A program made the translations under genes and the position numbers. Source: a virus. Taken from it: 64,000 bases of DNA. The notes beneath the pieces are model-generated. The model did no database searches. It worked only from the letters and a program-made list of their open reading frames with translations, and was not told the origin of the DNA. The stretch is from positions 9,201 through 73,200 of IMG/VR virus record IMGVR_UViG_3300045051_000365; one strand, 5' to 3'. Shown one piece after another: positions 58,324-64,000 of the stretch (positions are counted from its first letter, which is position 1; the number at the start of each line of letters is the position of its first letter).

Positions 58324-59358
58324 ATGCCTATTAAATCTTTGACCACTAGAAACGCCCGATTTCCGATGCTCGGAAAAATCCGTAAGGGAGACGAGAAAAA
58401 AGCGGGAAGTAACCGACCGGGTTCGGATCTAACCTATTTTCGCGTCGATTCCGACATCGACGGGATTAACGAAAAATTCACCCGAGTCTACGGGAAAGAA
58501 CCAGATCAACTCGACTGCCTTCTCCCGTTCGCTTCCGTCGAACAAGTTTTTCCCGCGTGGATGGAAGAATGGGGCAAGTCCTCGATCGTTACCCGATGCG
58601 ACGAAGAAACCCGCGTACTTTACGAGGAAAAAGGAAAAATTATCGCTACCCGTCCCCTACCCTGCAAGAAACTAATAGAAGGGGCTGACGGCAATTTCGG
58701 GACGTGCGAGTGTAAGCAAGTAGGAAGACTGCACGTCGTATTACCGAAGCTCGGGGAGATGGGCTATTTCGAGGTCGAAACCCATTCAAAATGGGACATC
58801 ATCGGACTAACCGAACAACTTCTAGCCGTGGAAACCGCCGCGGGGAGTCTGACCGGGATTCCTTTCCTACTAGAGCGCGGGCCGCGGGAACTTTCCTATC
58901 CTCTCCCGGACGGAAAACGGGGAAGAAAGACTTTTAATCTACTCTCGATCCGCGTTCATCCCGATCGCGCCGCCAAAGTTTTGCAAGTCATTGAAACCCG
59001 CGCTTTCCAACAGTTCACGGGCGAGCCTTCCCGCCCCGAACTGCCTTCTTCGGGACAGCAAAAAGCGTTACCCGCGTCCAACGGGAACGAGTGGGCATCT
59101 AGCAAAAAAGACGGGATTCAGTGGGCGGTCAAACAGGGGATGTCGCTATCGGAAGCGACCCTAATAGCCGATCGCTGTACAACCAAGCGAGAGTATTTTG
59201 ATACGGTCAATTCCCTGTTAAAGGATCGAGTTAATTTCACCGAAGCGGAGATCGTCGGGAACGAGATTAATCCCCAAGTATCCGCGGAAATCGACGCGAT
59301 GATCGAGGATAGACCACTACTCGAAACCGTCCCCGCGGATGAAGACGAGGGTTTTTAA
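58324..59358 (+). CDS. Recombination directionality factor-like (gp3-like) / putative single-strand annealing protein
   Basis: FPMLGKIRKG, RCD, C..C.C...GRL, ETHS; acidic DEDEGF end. Confidence 0.65.
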   Translation: MPIKSLTTRNARFPMLGKIRKGDEKKAGSNRPGSDLTYFRVDSDIDGINEKFTRVYGKEPDQLDCLLPFASVEQVFPAWMEEWGKSSIVTRCDEETRVLYEEKGKIIATRPLPCKKLIEGADGNFGTCECKQVGRLHVVLPKLGEMGYFEVETHSKWDIIGLTEQLLAVETAAGSLTGIPFLLERGPRELSYPLPDGKRGRKTFNLLSIRVHPDRAAKVLQVIETRAFQQFTGEPSRPELPSSGQQKALPASNGNEWASSKKDGIQWAVKQGMSLSEATLIADRCTTKREYFDTVNSLLKDRVNFTEAEIVGNEINPQVSAEIDAMIEDRPLLETVPADEDEGF

Positions 59359-59418
59359 AAAGCTTGTCAGGGGCATTGACAACGCCGATCATCTCTCAAC
59401 ATCATCGGAAGTAAAATA

Positions 59419-59754
59419 ATGAACATTCATCGCGGAAGTGATGCGCTAGAACACCTAGAATCGATCCTCCCGCCAACTTTCGAGAATCGAATCCTAGAAC
59501 GTCAAGAACTTTTCCGTCTCGATCTTTCAACCGAATTAAAAAGACTCCGAAAATATCTCGGGCTAACACAAAAGCAAGTTGCGGAAAAGCTAGGCGTTAC
59601 TCAAAGCTGGATCTCGAAACTGGAGAGTGCAAACCACGATCATACTTTTTCAGAGATCATCGCCTACCTTGCCGCTCTAGATGCTGATTTCGAGTTTCCT
59701 ATTTTTCTAAACAACGAACAGCATACGTGCGTATCTGCCAGTAAAGACCGCTAA
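59419..59754 (+). CDS. XRE-family HTH protein (antitoxin-like)
   Basis: LRK.LGLTQKQVAEKLGVTQSWISKLE. Confidence 0.85.
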   Translation: MNIHRGSDALEHLESILPPTFENRILERQELFRLDLSTELKRLRKYLGLTQKQVAEKLGVTQSWISKLESANHDHTFSEIIAYLAALDADFEFPIFLNNEQHTCVSASKDR

Positions 59755-59780
59755 ATACCAACATCATCGGAAGTAAAATC

Positions 59781-60890
59781 ATGCTTAATTTTCTTGTTAC
59801 GACAAATCTAGAAACTCTCAATACCAAAATCGCCGAACTCGGGGAGTGTTCGGTCGTTATGATCGACGGAACCGTACCGGGATGGGAACCGCGTGAAATT
59901 GACTGGCATTTCGACCATCATCGACCCGGCGGCGACAAAGTTCAAATTGAAGACATCGAAAAACAGATAGATTTCATGGCGGAAGAAGGAGTTAATTTTT
60001 CCGATCTCTGCCCGATAGACAAACGCGATAATATATTATTCGCGACCACTCAGTTAGACGCGGACGCGGTATCTAGCGCGGTACACCTCTACCTAACCTA
60101 CCTCGCGCCCGATCGAACAAATCTCTATTGTTTTAACGGGAGATACACGGATAACTACAGCAAGCTAGTCGCTATCTCTTACGACTGCGATCACCTCGCC
60201 GTCCCGCCCGAACTATCCAATTACGCCGATTTTGCCGCTAAGTGTGTAGCGGGAATGAAATGCGAATCGGACGACCTCGCTATCGATCTCGATATGCCCA
60301 AAGATCGGCGGGAATGGACGATCGAGCAGAAGGAGTATTTTCACTCCCGCGCTTTTGAAAAATCCTTTTGGGATCTAGTGAGAGCGATCGAGGGTAAGGA
60401 TAACTGGCCGTGCGACCATCCGAAAATTTCCGAGTATTGGGAGAAAGTCGAGAAGTTCACGAATCAACTAATCGAGGAGAATCGGATTAGTTTTTATAAA
60501 AATTGTGCCGTAGTCACGATGTCGGGGCTAGGCGGGACGTACATCGATCCCCGTTGCACCTATCGGGCGATCGATCGGATTTTAGAAAAGAAAGGACAAA
60601 ATATCAGCTTTTATTCCCCCATTACCCTCACCCAACGCGAGGTAATCGTGGATAACAAATACCTCGGCAACAAGTACACACTTGCCTGTAATCCGAATCA
60701 CCCTGAAACTGAAAAAATCGACTTTACAACGGGAACCTATACCACGCTGTCAATAGCGGAAAAAGAACGAGATCCGAGCGAGGAAGGATGGGGCGGACGC
60801 GCTACGGTCGGGGGATCGGGGTGGAATACCTGTAGTAATCTTTCTCCGTGGGAAGTGATCGAGATCGTTTTGCGGTGCATCAATTTCTAA
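59781..60890 (+). CDS. DHH-like phosphoesterase with reordered motifs
   Basis: IDG, FDHH, then DADA, YDCD, and C-terminal WGGRATVGGS. Confidence 0.55.
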   Translation: MLNFLVTTNLETLNTKIAELGECSVVMIDGTVPGWEPREIDWHFDHHRPGGDKVQIEDIEKQIDFMAEEGVNFSDLCPIDKRDNILFATTQLDADAVSSAVHLYLTYLAPDRTNLYCFNGRYTDNYSKLVAISYDCDHLAVPPELSNYADFAAKCVAGMKCESDDLAIDLDMPKDRREWTIEQKEYFHSRAFEKSFWDLVRAIEGKDNWPCDHPKISEYWEKVEKFTNQLIEENRISFYKNCAVVTMSGLGGTYIDPRCTYRAIDRILEKKGQNISFYSPITLTQREVIVDNKYLGNKYTLACNPNHPETEKIDFTTGTYTTLSIAEKERDPSEEGWGGRATVGGSGWNTCSNLSPWEVIEIVLRCINF

Positions 60891-60921
60891 TAGTTTTCGG
60901 GGTTGTTTATAAATCCCGAAA

Positions 60922-61179
60922 ATGAGCGAGATCGAAGAACTAAAACGACGCGTCTATCATTTAGAGAATCAAGTTGATCTATTGACGGAACTCTGTCTAG
61001 AACTCAAGTCCGATCTGTGGGTAGACAGTCAGGAGTGTTGCGAGAGGCTTAAAATCTCTCGCTCTACCCTCGAACGTTATCGCAAGAAGGCGAAAGAAGG
61101 AGTTCACTACAAGATCCACGGAGAACGAGGATACCGCTACAACTGGCAGAAATTTCAAAAATTATTAGAGGGGAAATGA
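60922..61179 (+). CDS. Excisionase-like HTH protein
   Basis: WVDSQECCERLKISRSTLERYR..G.HY..YRYN; near integrase. Confidence 0.7.
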   Translation: MSEIEELKRRVYHLENQVDLLTELCLELKSDLWVDSQECCERLKISRSTLERYRKKAKEGVHYKIHGERGYRYNWQKFQKLLEGK

Positions 61180-62249
61180 CAATCAAAAAACTTCAGGGAA
61201 AAGAAAAAATCCGAGCCTACGGAAACGCCCGCGGGGAATTAATATTAATCGATCCCCGGTTGATTTCCTTCCGCCTCGCTAACGGGGAATTTATCGGGCC
61301 GCGGATCGGATTGCACGACGACGGAAAAATGCACGTTCTCCCCGGCGAACTCCCGCTAACCTTCTCGGAAGACCTAATCGCCGCGGTATCGGGAGAGTCG
61401 GGATGGAATACCCGTATTTCTTACGACCTCGATTCGATTATCGAACTAGCCGATAAAGTCGTCGCGGCGCGGGCGATCTATCAACCGTTGCATCTAATAG
61501 CGGACGGCGATCGCCTCTTCCCGAAAGATGGGCATCGAAGAACTCTCGCGTGGTTTTACAACGCCACGCGGGGGATCGAGATCTCCAACGTCACGGCGAT
61601 TATCAAGACTCTCGCCCGCGGACAGACGATCCGGGATCTAGAGTACGAAATGCTCTCGATGGGAGTGGACGCGGAAAAGCTATCCCTACTCGATCGGGCG
61701 AAAATGATCCGCCGTCACCTACGGGAGGACTGCCTATCGGGATTATCCGAGGAACAATCGCGGGCGCAATTTTGCGAGCGGACGGGATGGAAAAAATCCG
61801 ACTACGATCGGGTATTAGAGATCTCGACTTTCTCCGCTCCGGTGCTGAAGGCGATCGAGGAAAAAGAGATCGCCGAAACGACGCTACAGACGCTCATGAG
61901 GGAACCCGAACTAACTCTATCCGAGAAAGAGAAAATTATTCTCGAATCCGTCAACCTCGCGGAAGAAACGGGAGCCAAGAAGGTCACGGGATCGATCGTC
62001 GGGTCGGTCGCGAAAAACCACAAGGAACGGAAACGCCCGAGCTTTTTAAAGCCGAACGGAAAAATCAAAACCCCCAAGGAAATGCCCGTCAAGCCCGTTC
62101 AACTTCCCCCGAAAGCGAAAGATATTCGGGACGTGTTTTTAAAGCTCGTCTCGGAAGGAAATTCCCGTAAAATCGGGGACGGGTATACTGTCGATTTTTC
62201 GGCGGAATTGTGGGAAAAAGCTGTTAGTTTTGTGGAGAGATTGAAGTGA
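61176..62249 (+). CDS. ParB-like protein
   Basis: I.QPL...DGHRR, KLS.LDRA..I.R, HTH CERTGWKKS. Confidence 0.75.
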   Translation: MTIKKLQGKEKIRAYGNARGELILIDPRLISFRLANGEFIGPRIGLHDDGKMHVLPGELPLTFSEDLIAAVSGESGWNTRISYDLDSIIELADKVVAARAIYQPLHLIADGDRLFPKDGHRRTLAWFYNATRGIEISNVTAIIKTLARGQTIRDLEYEMLSMGVDAEKLSLLDRAKMIRRHLREDCLSGLSEEQSRAQFCERTGWKKSDYDRVLEISTFSAPVLKAIEEKEIAETTLQTLMREPELTLSEKEKIILESVNLAEETGAKKVTGSIVGSVAKNHKERKRPSFLKPNGKIKTPKEMPVKPVQLPPKAKDIRDVFLKLVSEGNSRKIGDGYTVDFSAELWEKAVSFVERLK

Positions 62250-62250
62250 T

Positions 62251-63363
62251 TTAATCCCCCCGATTCAACCGACGGAACACGTCGATCAGATCCCGATCGT
62301 TAACGTGCCGGAGATAGGATTTTTTCCTCGTCTCCCGACTGTGGCCGCCCATCTTCTCCGCGAGATTAGGCGGCCACCCCGCTTTCTCCAATCGGATAAC
62401 GTAGCAATCCCGGAAAGCGTAGCCCGTCCATAGAATCCCGTTCCGTTTTAGCCCCGGCGTTATCCTCGCCCCGAGATCTTTATTGTCGTGAGTCTCGGGG
62501 GATACCGTGAAATCAGGCCAATGCTTTTCTTTCAAGTTCCAACGGTCGACCCATTCCGCGGGACACGGTAGCACCGTTCTCTCTCTCGTTTTCGTGGACG
62601 ACAGAACCCTCAAAATCGGCGGTTCCCCGTCCATTCCCGATAGATCGAGATGAAATAGTTCGTGCGGCCGCAATCCATAGGCGGCCATTATCCCGGCTAT
62701 CCATCTCCACGCGGGATTTTTCACCCGGTCGATCGTCTCCTCTATCTCTCTATCCTCGGGTAGATACCGTTCCCCCGGTTCGTACCGTATTCTGTATTTG
62801 TTGAAATCGATTCCCAATCCCGCGAACCGCGCGAGCCTCGTGTAGGCTAGACAGTATCGGTTACGCGTCTTTCCCTCTCCCGGACTCGTCTCTCTGACGA
62901 GCGTTTCCCTTAGTAGATCCTCGCTTAAAATCGCGTTAGGGGGGAGTTTCGAGTACGGATTGAGATAATCTTCCCGAAAGCTTCTCTCGCGGCTTTTCGT
63001 TCGTTTCACTCGGTTCCAGTGGTCGGCCGTTAGTTTCTCGATCCATTCCCTACAACTATCTCCCGACGCGACTAACTCGGGCGATAGCCAGTTTTCCCAT
63101 TTGAAAGTTCCGAGGATAAGTTCGCTCGATAGGGTATCGGCCTTGATCTTGGCCGCTCTTAGTCCCGCTATCGTCGCGGGCGCGCCCGTCCTTAATTCCT
63201 GTTGTCTTTTTCTCCCCGTCACCCGATCGGGTAGCGTCGCCCGTAGGAACAAACGATCTCCCTTCCTCCGGATCGCTACCCTTCGCAACGTTAAATTTGA
63301 TTCCCTAATCCGCTCGTCTATCTTCCCTAAATCTTCCCTAAAGTCGGACGCGTCGTGACGCAT
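62251..63363 (-). CDS. int: Tyrosine integrase (cyanobacterial type)
   Basis: L.LRATLP arm domain; YGLRPHE, KT..R, YAFR, MGGHS......Y. Confidence 0.92.
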   Translation of the reverse strand: MRHDASDFREDLGKIDERIRESNLTLRRVAIRRKGDRLFLRATLPDRVTGRKRQQELRTGAPATIAGLRAAKIKADTLSSELILGTFKWENWLSPELVASGDSCREWIEKLTADHWNRVKRTKSRERSFREDYLNPYSKLPPNAILSEDLLRETLVRETSPGEGKTRNRYCLAYTRLARFAGLGIDFNKYRIRYEPGERYLPEDREIEETIDRVKNPAWRWIAGIMAAYGLRPHELFHLDLSGMDGEPPILRVLSSTKTRERTVLPCPAEWVDRWNLKEKHWPDFTVSPETHDNKDLGARITPGLKRNGILWTGYAFRDCYVIRLEKAGWPPNLAEKMGGHSRETRKKSYLRHVNDRDLIDVFRRLNRGD

Positions 63364-63572
63364 TTAGTGTTTTTTCTGTATCAACTTTAAATCATCGTAT
63401 CGGACGCTGTAACCCGTTCAAATAGTAGTAAACAGTGGGGGCGAAGGGACTCGAACCCTTACGAGGTGATAAGCCTCAACGGATTTTAAGTCCGTCGATG
63501 TAGTTCCTGAAAGCCTCGCCATTTCTAACTTCTGTCGGCCGCTGAAAATCGATTCCCTAAAACTTCCCTAGA
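63301..63572. other. attP: tRNA-Leu core flanked by arm-type TTCCCTA(A/G) repeats
   Basis: Repeats at 63301, 63323, 63334 and 63553, 63564 (11-bp spaced pairs) on both sides of the core. Confidence 0.8.
63436..63497 (-). tRNA. 3' fragment of tRNA-Leu(UAA) (att core; no D arm or 5' acceptor strand)
   Basis: ACGGA-CTTAAAA-TCCGT anticodon arm, long variable arm, AAGGGTTCGAGTCCCTT T arm, CGCCCCCA. Confidence 0.88.
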
Positions 63573-63585
63573 TCGTTACAATCGA

Positions 63586-64000
63586 CTACGCGCCGATCAA
63601 TCGATCTTGTAGAAGTCGGTAGAATTCCTTTTGAACCTCTTTCGGCGCGGACGTTAAATAACCCTCTACCTCTTCCTTGCTAACCTCGCGCGTCGTCGCG
63701 AATTGAATTTCCTCGATACGGGCGAAAAGCGATTGCAATTCCCCGACGATAACGGGAGCCTTAACGCGGATGTCGGCGTTGCGGAACATCTCCGCGGCTA
63801 GGTTCGGGCTTAAATCGATACCTCCCTTTTTCCGATAATCGGGATCGCCCGTCAACTCGTTAATCGATTTCCAGTTGCCGTTTAAGTAAGTAACGAAAGA
63901 ATCGGTATCGAGTCCGAAAACCGCGGCGAGAACCCGCATATTCCCGAGGTCGGGGCAGGACGCGATACGCGGTAATTCCCAATTCTGAATCGCCCCGACG
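63586..64000 (-). CDS. XRE/cI-like repressor, 5'-truncated by window
   Basis: Frame open to window end: VGAIQNWE....CPDLGNMRVLAAVFGL. Confidence 0.7.
   Translation of the reverse strand, partial: VGAIQNWELPRIASCPDLGNMRVLAAVFGLDTDSFVTYLNGNWKSINELTGDPDYRKKGGIDLSPNLAAEMFRNADIRVKAPVIVGELQSLFARIEEIQFATTREVSKEEVEGYLTSAPKEVQKEFYRLLQDRLIGA

Larger units (their letters stand above)
1..64000. mobile_element. Temperate siphovirus-like (pro)phage genome of a cyanobacterium, partial at both ends
   Basis: Terminase, portal, capsid, tape measure, endolysin, integrase and att core are all present. No host housekeeping genes. HIP1 GCGATCGC occurs e.g. at 10450, 14226, 16708, 20594, 24141. Confidence 0.95.

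Noticed and set aside
63436-63497. Functional phage tRNA gene
   Set aside because: D arm and 5' acceptor strand are missing; it is an att core

Overview
The whole window is one temperate siphovirus-like genome from a cyanobacterial host, judged by frequent HIP1 GCGATCGC/CGATCG sites and a cyanobacterial-type tyrosine integrase. It appears to be in the unintegrated (attP) configuration: a 3' tRNA-Leu(UAA) fragment with arm-type repeats on both sides lies between the integrase and an XRE repressor, and the window starts and ends inside phage genes. Recognisable modules, in unusually scrambled order, are: SF2 helicase, DUF2793 fibre and LamG adhesins, GTA-type tail tip, GH19 endolysin, portal, protease, capsid, terminase (opposite strand), two DNA methyltransferases, an early-gene cassette array, tail tube/chaperone/3969-aa tape measure, recombination, and Xis/ParB/Int. 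The most notable observations are: an unannotated 52-aa signal-peptide gene; a standalone EAL phosphodiesterase-like gene plus a DHH-like gene; a Dit-Dit-hub fusion protein; enzyme-like inserts in the tape measure; eight copies of a fixed-spacing ~70-bp TGTTA/TAACA element at three loci; a J-domain fragment inside the helicase; a circularly permuted C5 methyltransferase; and an anticodon-less tRNA-like element. All family assignments are motif recognition by eye, not database searches.
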